Made by a program: the position numbers and the translations under genes
The notes under the pieces: generated by a model
Told to the model about the DNA's origin: nothing
The model's input: only the letters and a program-made list of their open reading frames with translations
Database searches by the model: none
Assembly: GCA_963716205.1 (NCBI GenBank)
Contig: OY970290.1
Span: forward strand, 303,417 to 367,416
Direction: 5' to 3'
Length of the DNA stretch: 64,000 bases
DNA from: an uncultured bacterium
Lineage (GTDB): Bacteria > Patescibacteriota > Minisyncoccia > Phycocordibacterales > GWA1-40-21
In this document: one piece after another, positions 1-11,614 of the stretch
How the letters are laid out: the number at the start of each line of letters is the position of its first letter
Numbering within the stretch: position 1 is the stretch's first letter

Positions 1-3000
1 TATCGCGGCATCAGATATAAAGGCATCATCTGCGAAAAGTGCGGAGTGGAAATCACTCGTTCAATCGTCAGACGCGAGAGAATGGGGCATATCGAACTTT
101 CAAGTCCGGTTTCGCATATCTGGTTTTTGCGAGGTACGCCGTCAAGGCTCGGCTCGATCATGGGTATGTCCGTTTCCGATCTTGAAAAAGTCATTTATTT
201 TGCCGGCTATATCATCACCAAAGTTTTCATTTCCGAAAAGGAGCGGATTTTAAAAGAAATTGAAAATGAATTCAAAAATAAAGTAAAGAATGTTGCCGAT
301 GAAAAGACCAAGGAAGCGCTCAAAGAAATGGCGACAAATGCCAGAAAGGAAGTTGAGAGCATCGCCGAAGGAAAAGTTCTTGATGAAGTCATGTTTCATA
401 AATTCTCCATCAAATACGGAGCCGCTTTCGAAGCGGGCATCGGCGGGGAAGTTATTTATGAAATTTTGAAAAAAATCAATCTGAACGATCTCGAGAAAAA
501 AGTCATTGCAAGCTTGGAAAAAGCAAATGCAATCGACAGCGAAAAATTAAACAAAAGACTTTCGCTCATCAGATCCATGATTGCATCGGATTCAAGGCCG
601 GAATGGATGTTCTTCACAAAAATCCCGGTTATTCCTCCAGCACTTCGCCCAATGGTTCCTCTTGACGGCGGCAGATTTGCAACATCCGATGTCAATGACC
701 TGTACCGAAGAGTTATTAATAGAAATAATAGGCTTTTGAAATTGAAGGAAATCAACGCGCCGGATGTCATTTTGAGAAATGAAAAAAGAATTTTGCAGGA
801 AGCGGTGGATGCATTGATTGACAATTCCATCAGGCACGGCAACTCGCTCTTTTCCGCACTCGGAAATGCTTCGCAGAAACGACCGCTCAAATCACTCGCG
901 GACAATTTGCAGGGAAAGAGAGGATTGTTTCGATCCAATCTGCTTGGTAAGCGCGTGGATTATTCCGGACGTTCCGTTATCGTTGTCGGACCGGAACTCC
1001 ACCTTGATCAATGCGGTCTACCGAAACACATGGCACTTGAACTTTTCAGACCATTCGTCATTTCGCAGCTTTTGAAAAAAGAATTAGCTTACAATATTCG
1101 CGGTGCCGGAAGGCTCATCGATGACGGTGTTGCCGAAGTCTGGGCTATTCTTGAAGATGTCATTAAAGACAAGTATGTTCTTCTTAACCGCGCGCCAACG
1201 CTTCATCGCCTCGGTATTCAGGCGTTCAGACCGATTTTGATCGAAGGAAATGCTATTCAGGTTCATCCGCTTGTCTGTACCGCATTTAACGCGGACTTCG
1301 ACGGAGACCAGATGGCTGTCCACGTGCCGCTTGGTATTGATGCACAGCTTGAAGCAAAAGAGATCATGTCATCCGATAAAAATATTTTGAAACCGGGAGA
1401 CGGCGATCCAACCATTTCATCAAAACTTCTCGACATTGTTCTCGGGTGCTATTGGATGACAAAAACCATTTCCGGAGAAAAGGGCGAAGGAAAATTTTTC
1501 TCATCGCCGAATGCCGCGATTACCGCGCACGATTTTGATCTTGTCGGCTTCAGAACAAAAATAAAAGTCCGTCCATCAGCAAAAGCAAAATACGCTCAAT
1601 TCAAGGGAGAATTGTTTGAGACAACCGTCGGACGATTGCTCTTCAACAGCGTTTTGCCGGATGACTATCCTTTTGTAAATAAAGAAATAGACAGAGGTCA
1701 AATGGTCAAGATTATTGATGATTTGATTATTGCACACGGTCCGAACAAAATCGGTTCAATCATGGACAAGATCAAGAATTTTGGATTTAAGTATGCTACA
1801 TATTCTGGTATTACCTGGGGTCTTGATGACATCAAAGTTCCAAAAGAAAAAGACACAATTATCAAAAATTCAAAAGAAAAATCCGCAAAAGTTGTGGCGG
1901 AATATAATGAAGGCCTTCTTTCTGAAGAGGAACGATTGAGATTAAATATAGAAATTTGGCAAAATACCAAAGGTGAAATTGAAAAATTAATGTCGGGAAC
2001 ACTTGGAGTAAACAGCCCGGTATACGACATGTTGAAATCCGGTGCGCGAGGTAACCTTGCTTCGCTTACGCAGATGGCGGGCATGAAAGGCTTGATTCAA
2101 AACGTTTTGGGCGAAACAATCGAATTTCCAGTCATTAATTCTTATAAGGAAGGTTTGACCCCGATTGAATATTTCATTACCACAAACGGTTCTAGAAAGG
2201 GTTTGACAGATACTGCGCTCAACACTGCAAAAGCGGGATATTTGACGAGAAGAATGTTTGACGTTGCGCAGGATATTATCATCACAGAGGTTGATTGCGG
2301 CACAAAAGACGGTATCACAATTTCGAGAACGCAAAGTTTGGAAACCGGTTCTTCGGTGGCAAAAAAAATCCGGGGAAGAGTTTTGGCGGAAGATATAGAA
2401 AGCAAAAATGGAGATGTTTCATTCAAAAAAGGATCGTTGCTTACCAAAAATGATGCGCAGAAAATTGATGCGGCAGAAATAGAAACGATTATCATTCGAT
2501 CACCGCTTTCTTGCAAAACTCTTCACGGTATTTGCTCGAAGTGTTATGGAATGGATCTTGGAAAGGGCACTCTCATTGATATTGGAGAAGCAGTTGGAAC
2601 AATTGCCGCACAAGCTATCGGTGAGCCGGGAACGCAGCTGACCATGAGAACTTTTCATGCGGGAGGTGCAGCATCAGTTGGTGGAGATATTACGCAAGGT
2701 TTGCCGAGAGTTGAGGAAATTTTTGAAAAGAGAAGACCAAAAAGCCCGGCTGTTGTCTCAACAGTCAACGGCACGGTCACTTCAGTCAAAGATTTCGGAA
2801 AAGAAAAAATCATTACAGTCATTCCTGACATTGAAGACAAAGGCAAATCAAAGAAATCTGGCGAAATTGAATACGTGTTTAATCCAAAAAGAGTTTCCTT
2901 TGTAAAATCGGGAGACAAGATTATCAAAGGTCAGCTTTTGACCGACGGTTCAGCGGATATTGATGAGATATTTGAATATGCCGGCAAAGACAAGGCGATG

Positions 3001-3477
3001 GAATACATTATCGGCGAAGTGTCCAAACCATATGAATTGCAAGGTGCTGCGGTGGACAGAAAGCATATTGAAATCATCGTCAAGCAGATGTTTGCAAAGA
3101 AAAATGTCGTCAATCCTGGAACATCAAATTATTGCAAAGGAGATATTATTGATGAACTTGATTTTGTTCTTGAGAATAAAAAAATCAAGGAAAACAAAGG
3201 AGAAGGTCTTACCGCCGAACCGATGGTTATGGGCATTACCGAGTCATCACTCTCGCGAAGAAGCTTCCTTGCAGCCGCATCATTCCAGCACACGAAGCGT
3301 ATTTTGATCAACGCCGCCATCAAAGGCACCAAAGACACGCTTGAAGGTCTGAAAGAAAATGTTATTATCGGCAGAATTATCCCAGCAGGTACCGGTTTCC
3401 GCGGAAGCAAAAAATACGAAATGATCCAGGAGCTCAAAAAAGAATTCGATACCGAGAGCTCTGATATCGAACAATAA
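1..3477 (+). CDS. rpoC: DNA-directed RNA polymerase subunit beta' (5' end truncated by window; reading frame open from nt 1)
   Basis: Translation from nt 1 reads YRGIICEKCGVEITRS...RRERMGHIELSSPVSHIWF (beta' zinc-binding N-terminal region), then NADFDGDQM (catalytic Mg motif) and the trigger loop/bridge helix regions; 1143 aa ORF ending TAA at 3477. Confidence 0.95.
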   Translation, partial: YRGIRYKGIICEKCGVEITRSIVRRERMGHIELSSPVSHIWFLRGTPSRLGSIMGMSVSDLEKVIYFAGYIITKVFISEKERILKEIENEFKNKVKNVADEKTKEALKEMATNARKEVESIAEGKVLDEVMFHKFSIKYGAAFEAGIGGEVIYEILKKINLNDLEKKVIASLEKANAIDSEKLNKRLSLIRSMIASDSRPEWMFFTKIPVIPPALRPMVPLDGGRFATSDVNDLYRRVINRNNRLLKLKEINAPDVILRNEKRILQEAVDALIDNSIRHGNSLFSALGNASQKRPLKSLADNLQGKRGLFRSNLLGKRVDYSGRSVIVVGPELHLDQCGLPKHMALELFRPFVISQLLKKELAYNIRGAGRLIDDGVAEVWAILEDVIKDKYVLLNRAPTLHRLGIQAFRPILIEGNAIQVHPLVCTAFNADFDGDQMAVHVPLGIDAQLEAKEIMSSDKNILKPGDGDPTISSKLLDIVLGCYWMTKTISGEKGEGKFFSSPNAAITAHDFDLVGFRTKIKVRPSAKAKYAQFKGELFETTVGRLLFNSVLPDDYPFVNKEIDRGQMVKIIDDLIIAHGPNKIGSIMDKIKNFGFKYATYSGITWGLDDIKVPKEKDTIIKNSKEKSAKVVAEYNEGLLSEEERLRLNIEIWQNTKGEIEKLMSGTLGVNSPVYDMLKSGARGNLASLTQMAGMKGLIQNVLGETIEFPVINSYKEGLTPIEYFITTNGSRKGLTDTALNTAKAGYLTRRMFDVAQDIIITEVDCGTKDGITISRTQSLETGSSVAKKIRGRVLAEDIESKNGDVSFKKGSLLTKNDAQKIDAAEIETIIIRSPLSCKTLHGICSKCYGMDLGKGTLIDIGEAVGTIAAQAIGEPGTQLTMRTFHAGGAASVGGDITQGLPRVEEIFEKRRPKSPAVVSTVNGTVTSVKDFGKEKIITVIPDIEDKGKSKKSGEIEYVFNPKRVSFVKSGDKIIKGQLLTDGSADIDEIFEYAGKDKAMEYIIGEVSKPYELQGAAVDRKHIEIIVKQMFAKKNVVNPGTSNYCKGDIIDELDFVLENKKIKENKGEGLTAEPMVMGITESSLSRRSFLAAASFQHTKRILINAAIKGTKDTLEGLKENVIIGRIIPAGTGFRGSKKYEMIQELKKEFDTESSDIEQ

Positions 3478-3510
3478 AAAAGTGCGAAGGTTGGTGATTG
3501 ATCAAAAATT

Positions 3511-5241
3511 ATGTCATCTTCCGTAGAACAAATAAAAGAACGATTGAAGATTGAGGACGTTGTTGGCTCATACGTTAAGCTTGAGCGGGCCGGAGCGTCT
3601 CTCAAAGCAAGGTGCCCATTTCATAATGAAAAGACACCGTCTTTTTTTGTGTCTCCGGAGCGCGGCAGCTATTATTGTTTCGGCTGCGGAGAAAAGGGGG
3701 ATATTTTCACTTTTGTCGAGAAATTCGAAGGGATTGATTTTGTCGGCGCTCTGAAAATTCTTGCCGAGCGCGCGGGAGTCAAGCTTGAGCGATACACTGC
3801 GGAACATTCGGACAAAAAGGAACGACTCTATCAGCTTCTTGAAGCATCGACATTTTTCTTGGAAAGGAATCTTGCCGATGAAGCGATACCACTCGAATAT
3901 CTCACAAACAGGGGACTGACCGAAAAGACAATCAAAGAATGGCGGATCGGCTATGTGCGCAACGAATGGCGATCCATTTCGGATTATTTAAAATCAAAAG
4001 GTTTTACGGAGAGCGAAATGGAGCGTGCAGGCATTACGAAAACCGAAGGCAAAAATACCTACGACAGATTCCGTGGACGGATCATGTTTCCGATTTTTGA
4101 TGCTGCCGGACGGGTGATCGCGTATTCCGGCAGGATTCTGCATGATGACGGTAAGTCGGCGAAATATCTCAACAGCCCGCAGACCGAAATTTTTGATAAA
4201 TCAAAAGTTCTCTATGGCTATTACGCGGCAAAGCAGGCGATACACAAATTTGATTTTTCGATTCTCGTCGAAGGCCAGATGGATTTGCTCATGTGCCATC
4301 AGGCGGGATTTGAAAATGCCGTGGCATCAAGTGGCACGGCATTGACGATTGAACATTTGTATTTATTGCGGAGAATTTCAAATAAAATCATCATGACATT
4401 TGACGGCGACGATGCCGGTGCAAAAGCGGCAGAGCGGGGATGGGCTTTGGCACTTTCGGCAAAAATGGAAGTCAAAATTGCGGAAATGCCAGCGGGTATT
4501 GATCCGGCAGATTTAATTTTGAAAGATAAAGGGCAATTTAAAACCGTTTTGAAAAACTCCGTTCATCTGATCGATTTCTTGCTCAACAGGATTACGGCAA
4601 CAGAAACTGATAAAAAGAAACTATGGTCGGCAATCAAAACAAAAGTTCTTCCATATATTTATTTGCTTGAAAGCGATACAGACAAAGGGCGATATGTGAC
4701 GAAAATTTCAGAAATCATCGGCGCGAAAGAAGAATTCATTTGGGACGATTTGAAAAAAGTGAAGCTCAATGATGAATTCAAGCCGGAAAAAGGAGAGGAA
4801 AATAGTGCAATAAATATGGCTATAAATAACGATATTTTAAAAAAAGGTTCGGTCGAGCGCACCATCGCGGGCATTATTGCAAAAGATGAAAGTTCGCCGC
4901 ACAAAAATCAAGAACTTGCGAGATTGCGGGAAGAAGTGAAAGATATTATCGGGCAGGAACAATATGAAAAGTTTGATGAAGAAATGAAAATTTTGTCAGG
5001 CGAGCTGGCTTTTGAGACAGAAGCATATTACGGAAATTTTCCAGAAAAGAAAATGAGAAAAGAGACAGATATTCTCCTTCTCGGGCTCACCGAAGAAGCG
5101 ATCAACAAAGAACGGATTGCGCTTGCGGTTGAGATGACAAAAACGAAAGATGACGAGAAAAAGAAAAGTCTGATGGTACGCAATATGGATTTGAGCCGGC
5201 GGATGGAACAAATCAGAGAGGACAAAAAGAAACTTTTATAA
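3511..5241 (+). CDS. dnaG: DNA primase
   Basis: N-terminal CHC2 zinc finger ([11 protein letters not shown]...CFGCG), Toprim region ([15 protein letters not shown]); 576 aa; starts 33 bp after rpoC. Confidence 0.9.
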   Translation: MSSSVEQIKERLKIEDVVGSYVKLERAGASLKARCPFHNEKTPSFFVSPERGSYYCFGCGEKGDIFTFVEKFEGIDFVGALKILAERAGVKLERYTAEHSDKKERLYQLLEASTFFLERNLADEAIPLEYLTNRGLTEKTIKEWRIGYVRNEWRSISDYLKSKGFTESEMERAGITKTEGKNTYDRFRGRIMFPIFDAAGRVIAYSGRILHDDGKSAKYLNSPQTEIFDKSKVLYGYYAAKQAIHKFDFSILVEGQMDLLMCHQAGFENAVASSGTALTIEHLYLLRRISNKIIMTFDGDDAGAKAAERGWALALSAKMEVKIAEMPAGIDPADLILKDKGQFKTVLKNSVHLIDFLLNRITATETDKKKLWSAIKTKVLPYIYLLESDTDKGRYVTKISEIIGAKEEFIWDDLKKVKLNDEFKPEKGEENSAINMAINNDILKKGSVERTIAGIIAKDESSPHKNQELARLREEVKDIIGQEQYEKFDEEMKILSGELAFETEAYYGNFPEKKMRKETDILLLGLTEEAINKERIALAVEMTKTKDDEKKKSLMVRNMDLSRRMEQIREDKKKLL

Positions 5242-5263
5242 ATTTTTTATCAACACAAAACAT

Positions 5264-6439
5264 ATGACAAAGAAAAACAAAACAAAAAAAGCGAAAATTT
5301 CAAAAAAACCGGCGGTCAAAAAACCGGTAAAAAAAGTTTCAGCCAAAATGCCTAAAATGTCTGCCAAGAAAAAAGAATGGGAAGTCAAAGCAGAGAAGCT
5401 TATTGCTAAAGGCAAGGAGCGCGGTTTTATCACCTACGATGAAATTTTGAAGGAATTTCCGAAAGTTGAGGACGATGTCATTTTTCTCGATGATTTATAT
5501 AATAAATTTGTCGTTGCCGGACTTGATGTTTTGGAAGGCGGCGGCTTGCTTGAGACGAATGATGATCAGATTAAAAAATACGCCTATGGCGGACGCTCAT
5601 CGGACGCCGGTTATGATTCCATTCAGATATATTTGAAAGAAATCGGCCAGTATCCGCTCATCAGTGCCTCGATGGAAAAAGATTTGGCGAGAAAAATTCT
5701 TGCCGGAGATATGGAGGCAAAAAATCTTCTGGCAAAGGCAAACTTGCGCCTCGTTGTTTCCATTGCCAAAAAATACGTCGGTAGGAGCGCTGACTTGACC
5801 CTTTTGGACTTGATTCAGGAAGGCAATCTTGGTTTGTTTAAAGCTGTTGATAAATTTGACTGGACAAAAGGTTTTAAATTTTCAACCTACGCGACGTGGT
5901 GGATCCGCCAGGCCATTACTCGCGCCCTTGCCGACCAGTCTCGTACGATCCGCGTGCCGGTGCACATGGTGGAAACGATTGCAAAATACAAGCAAGTCTA
6001 CCGCAGACTTTCGCAGGATTTGGGTAGAGAGCCATTGCAGGATGAGATCGCGACTGAAATGGGGCTTGATGTGGAAAAAGTTTACATGATTGAAAAGATT
6101 GATCAGGACACATTATCTCTAGAAAATCCTGTCGGTGATGATGATGATGGCAAGTCCACACTTGGTGATTTTGTCGCCGATGACAAGATACTTTCTCCGG
6201 ATCAGGAATCTTCCCGCAGAATTCTTTCCGATCAGGTCAAGGAAATTCTCAATGACCTTTCGCTCAAAGAACGGAAAATTCTTGAGATGCGACATGGTTT
6301 AATTGATGGTGTCACTCACACACTTGAAGAAGTTGGCTTGGAATTCGGCGTTACCCGCGAGCGTATCCGCCAGATTGAAGCCAAAGCACATGAAAAAATC
6401 CGCCAGCATGAAAAAATAGGGAAGTTGCAGAGTTATTAA
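5264..6439 (+). CDS. rpoD: RNA polymerase primary sigma factor (sigma-70 family) with Lys-rich N-terminal extension
   Basis: Region 2-4 signatures: [54 protein letters not shown]; [20 protein letters not shown] (region 4 HTH); directly downstream of dnaG. Confidence 0.92.
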   Translation: MTKKNKTKKAKISKKPAVKKPVKKVSAKMPKMSAKKKEWEVKAEKLIAKGKERGFITYDEILKEFPKVEDDVIFLDDLYNKFVVAGLDVLEGGGLLETNDDQIKKYAYGGRSSDAGYDSIQIYLKEIGQYPLISASMEKDLARKILAGDMEAKNLLAKANLRLVVSIAKKYVGRSADLTLLDLIQEGNLGLFKAVDKFDWTKGFKFSTYATWWIRQAITRALADQSRTIRVPVHMVETIAKYKQVYRRLSQDLGREPLQDEIATEMGLDVEKVYMIEKIDQDTLSLENPVGDDDDGKSTLGDFVADDKILSPDQESSRRILSDQVKEILNDLSLKERKILEMRHGLIDGVTHTLEEVGLEFGVTRERIRQIEAKAHEKIRQHEKIGKLQSY

Positions 6440-6454
6440 AAATAAAAATCATAA

Positions 6455-6488
6455 AAACGGGCGACCTTCGGTCGCCCGTTTTTATTTC
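6455..6488 (+). terminator. Rho-independent terminator after rpoD
   Basis: Perfect hairpin ACGGGCGACC-TTCG-GGTCGCCCGT followed by TTTTTATTT. Confidence 0.7.
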
Positions 6489-6829
6489 TAAAAGTTATCC
6501 ACAAAAAAATAGTTCCTGCACGTATTATTGCACTGCACGAAAACATTATGATTACATTACCGGATTTGGAAGTCCGCTGACGGATATATTTTAGCTTTGT
6601 GCTAAAATAGCTACATGACCTTCGAGGAACGCTATCAGAGTCTCAACCGGACGATAAAGGAAAATACAAAAAAGAAAAATTTGCCACTACGAATGAAGAT
6701 ACAAAAGAATTAATTTCCATCATTCAAAAATTTACAACAGAAATCGCAAGTTTTGAATTTTGGGATAAAAAATGTTCGGACAAAAAATGCGAATACTGCA
6801 AACTGCGGGAAGTGATGACGAAAAATTAA

Positions 6830-7645
6830 TTATTTCAGTACCATATCGATTATTGAAGTCACATTTTCCAGAGGTATTGCACCATCGAGCACAATATCTT
6901 TATTGTCTGAAGATAAAGTGATATTTTGCGTCAAATTGTTGCTAGCAATATATGTTTCTATTGCTGTTGCTTCATCGCTTGTGAGGGGTGTTTTCAAAAT
7001 CATGATGCTGTACGGCGTGCCTTGCGCACCGGCAGTGACTCCGTCATTATAATCATTTTCCACTGCTTGAGCGGTTGTGTTGTTGGAAAGGCAATCATTG
7101 AATTGTGCCGTGTTGATGCCGTTATCTTGCGCGACCTGCATCAATTGAGCCGTATCTGAAGCGGTGTCGCGATCCGTCGCTCCTTGAAGCGGGAAGACGC
7201 TATACCATTCTTTTTCATAATTCCAGAATGCAGTATTGCCGCCAAGGGTTGCAACGCATTCAAATGCTTGCGCTTCATGCTGCGCATTCGGATGGAGACT
7301 GGTAAGTGGAAAATCTCGGTAAACCCAAGTAACTTTTCCTGTTGCGCCATAATTTGCAATGATTGTTTCCATCGTACTTTGGAACATCTTGCAATACGGA
7401 CAGGATGGGTCGGAAAATTCCACGATGACAATCGGTGCATTCGGATCCCCGAGAATATGATCGCTTGCGCTGACCGGTTTCAATGAAATATTTGATGGCG
7501 ATACTTGAGTGGTATTTGCCGGAGCCGGAATGTTGCTTTTATTTGACAAAAGTATGGCGCCCGCGATTAAAATACCGACGACAATAATAGCTCCCGGTAT
7601 TGAAAGATTATTTTTCTGGACTTCCATTTTTTGTTCTTCATTCAT
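6830..7645 (-). CDS. DsbA-family thiol:disulfide oxidoreductase (thioredoxin fold), membrane-anchored
   Basis: N-terminal TM helix, CPYC active-site motif (DPSCPYCKMF), 271 aa. Confidence 0.7.
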   Translation of the reverse strand: MNEEQKMEVQKNNLSIPGAIIVVGILIAGAILLSNKSNIPAPANTTQVSPSNISLKPVSASDHILGDPNAPIVIVEFSDPSCPYCKMFQSTMETIIANYGATGKVTWVYRDFPLTSLHPNAQHEAQAFECVATLGGNTAFWNYEKEWYSVFPLQGATDRDTASDTAQLMQVAQDNGINTAQFNDCLSNNTTAQAVENDYNDGVTAGAQGTPYSIMILKTPLTSDEATAIETYIASNNLTQNITLSSDNKDIVLDGAIPLENVTSIIDMVLK

Positions 7646-7695
7646 AAATTTTTATTTTATTTGATATGCAATCATTCTAGCATGTTATAGAACAG

Positions 7696-7724
7696 TTGCA
7701 AAAAATTCAATTTTCGGGTAGTAT
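7696..7724 (+). promoter_or_regulatory. Candidate sigma-70 promoter for rplU (TTGCAA-N17-TAGTAT) ending ~8 nt before the ATG
   Basis: TTGCAA at 7696-7701, 17-nt spacer, TAGTAT at 7719-7724; ATG at 7733; implies very short or absent leader. Confidence 0.3.
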
Positions 7725-7732
7725 GGTGACCT

Positions 7733-8050
7733 ATGGAATTTGCAATTATCAAGACAGGAGGCAAGCAATATAAGGTTTCAAAGGGCGATTCTCTCAAAAT
7801 TGAAAAGCTTTCGGATACCGCAAAAATTGGCGATAAAATTGTTTTTGATCAGGTTTTGCTTGTGGATAACGGCAAAGATACTTCCATTGGAATGCCTTAC
7901 ATCAAAGGTGCGAAAGTGGAAGCGAGCGTTGAAAAAATCGGCAAGCTTCCGACAATTACCGTCATTCATTACAAACAAAAGAGCAGATATTTCAAAAAGA
8001 ATGGTCATCGACAGCCATATTTCCAGGTAAAAATTGAAGCGATTAAATAA
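7733..8050 (+). CDS. rplU: 50S ribosomal protein L21
   Basis: MEFAIIKTGGKQYKVSKGDSLKIEKL... typical L21 N-terminus; 105 aa. Confidence 0.9.
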   Translation: MEFAIIKTGGKQYKVSKGDSLKIEKLSDTAKIGDKIVFDQVLLVDNGKDTSIGMPYIKGAKVEASVEKIGKLPTITVIHYKQKSRYFKKNGHRQPYFQVKIEAIK

Positions 8051-8062
8051 ATACATATACAT

Positions 8063-8098
8063 AAAGAGCGGCGCCAAAGGCGCCGCTCTTTTGATTTA
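8063..8098. terminator. Hairpin terminator between convergent rplU and recR
   Basis: AGAGCGGCGCC-AAA-GGCGCCGCTCT hairpin followed by TTTTGATTT. Confidence 0.6.
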
Positions 8099-8109
8099 AT
8101 TTTATTTTT

Positions 8110-8745
8110 TTAACTCCTATTTTTCAGTGCATTTTTGATTGTTTCCGGATCGGAATATTCAAGCTCGGTGCCCGTCGAAAGTCCGCGGCCGAGTTCGGAA
8201 ATTTTGATGCTGTATTTTGACGCAATGGGGGAGAGTTCGTTTTTCAAAAGTTCCGCCGTATATTCACCTTCGGAATTTGCATCAAGCCCGAGAATAATTT
8301 CTTTCAGACTTTTCTCTGAAATTCTACTCACGAGTGAAAGCAATTCTTTTAGGCGAATTCTTTGTTCCGGGTTTTTGTCGAGTATTGGCACAAGCCCGCC
8401 AAGGACAAAATATTTTCCATTAAAGGGATGACTTTTCTCAATATTATCGAGATCAATATCCCGGCTGACAATCATCAGCAATTCTTTGTCGCGTCTTTCA
8501 TCCGCACAAATACCGCAGAGATTTGTGCCATTTACTTGTTTACCTTTCTGTAAAGAAATCGAGAAATATCGTTTGCAATCAGCACAGGATTCAATATCGG
8601 ATTTCAGCTCGCTGATTTCATTTTTAAATTCCTCGATATACCCCTGCGATCGAGTAATTAAAAAATATACAAAACGCCTCGCTTGTTTTGGCCCGATTCC
8701 GGGAAATTCGGAAAATATTTTGATAAGTTTTTCGATTGAGTTCAT
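8110..8745 (-). CDS. recR: Recombination protein RecR
   Basis: C4 zinc finger (CADCKRY...CGICADERRD), Toprim-like C-terminal region; 211 aa. Confidence 0.88.
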   Translation of the reverse strand: MNSIEKLIKIFSEFPGIGPKQARRFVYFLITRSQGYIEEFKNEISELKSDIESCADCKRYFSISLQKGKQVNGTNLCGICADERRDKELLMIVSRDIDLDNIEKSHPFNGKYFVLGGLVPILDKNPEQRIRLKELLSLVSRISEKSLKEIILGLDANSEGEYTAELLKNELSPIASKYSIKISELGRGLSTGTELEYSDPETIKNALKNRS

Positions 8746-8746
8746 A

Positions 8747-10126
8747 TTAAAATACTTCGCTTGTCTGGCTGAAATCCCCGAAATTATCCTTATCCATAGT
8801 CAGGAATGTTGCTTTATCACGATCAAAAAACAGGTCTACTTTTCCGGTTGGACCGTTTCGGTGCTTTTCGATCAGTATTTCGGCTGTCTGTTTTTTGCCT
8901 ACGCCGTCTTCATTTTGGTCAGCATGGATAAACATAACGACATCCGCGTCCTGCTCGATAGAACCCGAATCTCGCAGATCGGAAAGGCGAGGTCTGCCAC
9001 CGCGGGATTCAACGGCACGGGAAAGCTGGGAAAGAGCAAGGACAGGGATGTCGAATTCTTTTGCAAGCTGCTTGAGCGAATGTGATATCTCGGTGATCTG
9101 TTGGACCATATTGTCTCCGCCTTTCGTCTGTACCGGCGCCATGAGCTGAAGATAGTCTACAATCACAAGCCCGAGATTTTTCTCATGCTTCAACCGCCTC
9201 ACCACGGAGCGCATTTTCAAAATATTATTCGCCGCCTGGTCATCGATAAAAAGAGGAGCTTTAGAAATCGGGTCAAGCGAGCTGCGGATTTTGTCGAATT
9301 CACTGTCAAGCGAAAGTTTGCCTGTGCGAAGCTTCCATGCATCGACGCGAGCTTCAGCGGCGAGTATGCGGTCGACGAGCTGCTGCGTCGACATTTCAAG
9401 GGAAAATATCACAGTCGGAATCTGGGAACGTATCGTTACGTTGCGGGCGATATCAAGCGCGAGAGAAGTTTTTCCCATGCTTGGCCGCGCGGCAAGGATG
9501 ACCAGATCGGAATTCTGCAAACCGGAAAGTTTGAAATCAAGATCTTTGAATCCTGTCGGCACGCCGCGGATTTCATCTTTACTGTTATGAAGCCGGTCGA
9601 GCCGATCCATCGCAGTATTGATAACATCTTTCATCTGGACATATTTTCCAGAAAGATTTTTGCTTGTCACTTCGTATAATTTTTTCTCCGCTTTGTCCAA
9701 AATACCGAGAAGCTCAGCTTCTTCGTCGTAGCCGAGATTGCCGATATGCTCCGCTGCTTCGATGAGCCGTCGCATGATATATTTTTTCTGAATTATTTCC
9801 GCATAATGTTCGGCATTCGTTGAAGAGGGAACTGAATTCACCACTTCGGTCAGGAAACTTGCACCACCGACACGATCCAAGTCGCCAGATTCTTTGAGTT
9901 TGGATGAAAGCGTCAAAAGATCAATCGGTTCCTGCCGTTTGTAAAGCTCCGCCATCGCAGAAAAAATTGTTTTGTGTTTTTGCGTATAAAAAGCTTCTGG
10001 CACGAGCAGGTCCATGATTTCCGGCAAGACTTCCGGGCGAAGCATGATGGAGCCGAGCAGCGCCATTTCCGATTCGGTATTTTGTGGAGGAATCCTGATA
10101 TTTATTTTTCGCGTTTCAGTTGCCAT
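8747..10126 (-). CDS. dnaB: Replicative DNA helicase DnaB
   Basis: N-terminal DnaB domain (LLGSIMLRPEVLPEI), Walker A (ARPSMGKTSLALDIA), RecA-fold motifs; 459 aa. Confidence 0.9.
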   Translation of the reverse strand: MATETRKINIRIPPQNTESEMALLGSIMLRPEVLPEIMDLLVPEAFYTQKHKTIFSAMAELYKRQEPIDLLTLSSKLKESGDLDRVGGASFLTEVVNSVPSSTNAEHYAEIIQKKYIMRRLIEAAEHIGNLGYDEEAELLGILDKAEKKLYEVTSKNLSGKYVQMKDVINTAMDRLDRLHNSKDEIRGVPTGFKDLDFKLSGLQNSDLVILAARPSMGKTSLALDIARNVTIRSQIPTVIFSLEMSTQQLVDRILAAEARVDAWKLRTGKLSLDSEFDKIRSSLDPISKAPLFIDDQAANNILKMRSVVRRLKHEKNLGLVIVDYLQLMAPVQTKGGDNMVQQITEISHSLKQLAKEFDIPVLALSQLSRAVESRGGRPRLSDLRDSGSIEQDADVVMFIHADQNEDGVGKKQTAEILIEKHRNGPTGKVDLFFDRDKATFLTMDKDNFGDFSQTSEVF

Positions 10127-10213
10127 GAAATTGTTAGTTTCATTTTAACAAGCGTAAAAATTCACCGCAATGGCGACTATTGGCACAATGTGTGGTTAAA
10201 TTGTGGAGAAAAT

Positions 10214-11614
10214 TTAACCGAGTTTCTTTATTTCTTGTCCTTCTGTCGTATCCTTTACTTCATATCCAAGCTTTGCGATTTCATCACGCAATTCATCCGA
10301 CTTTTTCCAATCTTTATTTTGCCGGGCAAGTTTTCTTTCTTCCACAAGTTTTTGCACTTCCTCTGGAATTTTTTCCATTGAATTTTTTGTAGTCACTGAT
10401 TTCAAATCAAGCCCAAGCACGGTATCAAAATCAAACGCTGTCGTAAGCTTTTCGGCAGGGGAGATGTCAGACTTCAGCATTTCATTCAATATCGCCATCG
10501 CCTGCGGCATATTCAGATCATCATTCACGGCATTTAAAAACTTTTCTTTCCATCCATTATTTATTTTTCCAATTTTATCACCGAGATTTCCAATCTTTGC
10601 ATACAAATTCTCTAAGCCATTTTTTGCTGCTTGCAATATTTCATCATTCCATTCCATCTGCTTTCGATAATGAACGGTTAGGTTGGCAAAACGATAGACG
10701 ATAGGATTAATATTTTTTTTTATAAAAACATTTTCAACAGTAATCACATCTCCTGCACTTTTTGACATTTTCCGGTCTAAAAGATTCAGAAATTCTCCAT
10801 GTATCCAATAATTCACCCATGGTTTTTTGCCTGTAGCAGCTTCTGTTTGGGCTATTTCATTGGTATGGTGCAAGTTAATGAAATCCACTCCACCGCAGTG
10901 AATATCAAAATGATCTCCCAAATATTTCAAACTCATTGCCGAACATTCAATATGCCAACCGGGGAAACCGATACCCCACGGACTTGGCCATTCCATCTGT
11001 CTTTTTTCATTTTTCGGGGAGAATTTCCAAAGTGCAAAGTCGGTATGATTCTTTTTTTCTGTATTTACTTCGACGCGGACGCCTTCTTTCAAATCCTCAA
11101 GTTTCTGTCCAGACAATTTCCCGTAATCGGGAAATTTTGACGTATCAAAATAAATTCCATCACTCGTTTTATACGTAAATCCTTTTTTTTCAAGTCTTTG
11201 TATAAGTTTTATCTGCTCGGGAATATTGTCTGTTGCTTTGCAAAATGTGGTGGGGAAGAGAATGTTTAGATTTTTTAAATCTTTTTTGAAAGCTTCAGTA
11301 TAAAATTCTGCAATCTGCCATGCGGTTTTGCCTTCTTTTTTCGCTTCTTTCTCGACTTTGTCCTCACCCATATCGCGGTCGTTCGTCAGATGCCCAACAT
11401 CGGTGATATTCATCACATGATCCACTTTGTAGCCATTGTAAAACAAAACGCGTTTGAGCAAATCCTCAAAAATATAGGTGCGCATATTGCCGAGATGCGG
11501 ATAATTGTAGACAGTCGGTCCGCATGTATACATGCCAACCTTGCCCTTTTTTATCGGCACAAATAAATCTTTTTTCCTGGTGAGAGTATTATAAAGATAG
11601 AGGGACTGGCTCAT
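10214..11614 (-). CDS. cysS: Cysteinyl-tRNA synthetase
   Basis: [20 protein letters not shown] (HIGH-type), KMSKSAGD (KMSKS); 466 aa. Confidence 0.92.
   Translation of the reverse strand: MSQSLYLYNTLTRKKDLFVPIKKGKVGMYTCGPTVYNYPHLGNMRTYIFEDLLKRVLFYNGYKVDHVMNITDVGHLTNDRDMGEDKVEKEAKKEGKTAWQIAEFYTEAFKKDLKNLNILFPTTFCKATDNIPEQIKLIQRLEKKGFTYKTSDGIYFDTSKFPDYGKLSGQKLEDLKEGVRVEVNTEKKNHTDFALWKFSPKNEKRQMEWPSPWGIGFPGWHIECSAMSLKYLGDHFDIHCGGVDFINLHHTNEIAQTEAATGKKPWVNYWIHGEFLNLLDRKMSKSAGDVITVENVFIKKNINPIVYRFANLTVHYRKQMEWNDEILQAAKNGLENLYAKIGNLGDKIGKINNGWKEKFLNAVNDDLNMPQAMAILNEMLKSDISPAEKLTTAFDFDTVLGLDLKSVTTKNSMEKIPEEVQKLVEERKLARQNKDWKKSDELRDEIAKLGYEVKDTTEGQEIKKLG

Noticed and set aside
6489-6830. Small unlisted ORFs (32 aa MTFEERYQSLNRTIKENTKKKNLPLRMKIQKN; 18 aa) with an extended -10 TGCTAAAAT in the rpoD-dsbA convergent spacer
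   Set aside because: Very short, no conservation evidence available, and no SD; could be a leaderless microprotein but not supportable from sequence alone
9101-9679. 192-aa plus-strand ORF
   Set aside because: Entirely antisense within dnaB, which has strong motif support
10127-10213. Possible DnaA-box-like TTCTCCACA and 9-bp inverted repeat GGTTAAATT/AATTTAACC upstream of dnaB
   Set aside because: Single near-match to TTATCCACA and the inverted repeat overlaps the cysS stop codon; insufficient for an origin or operator call
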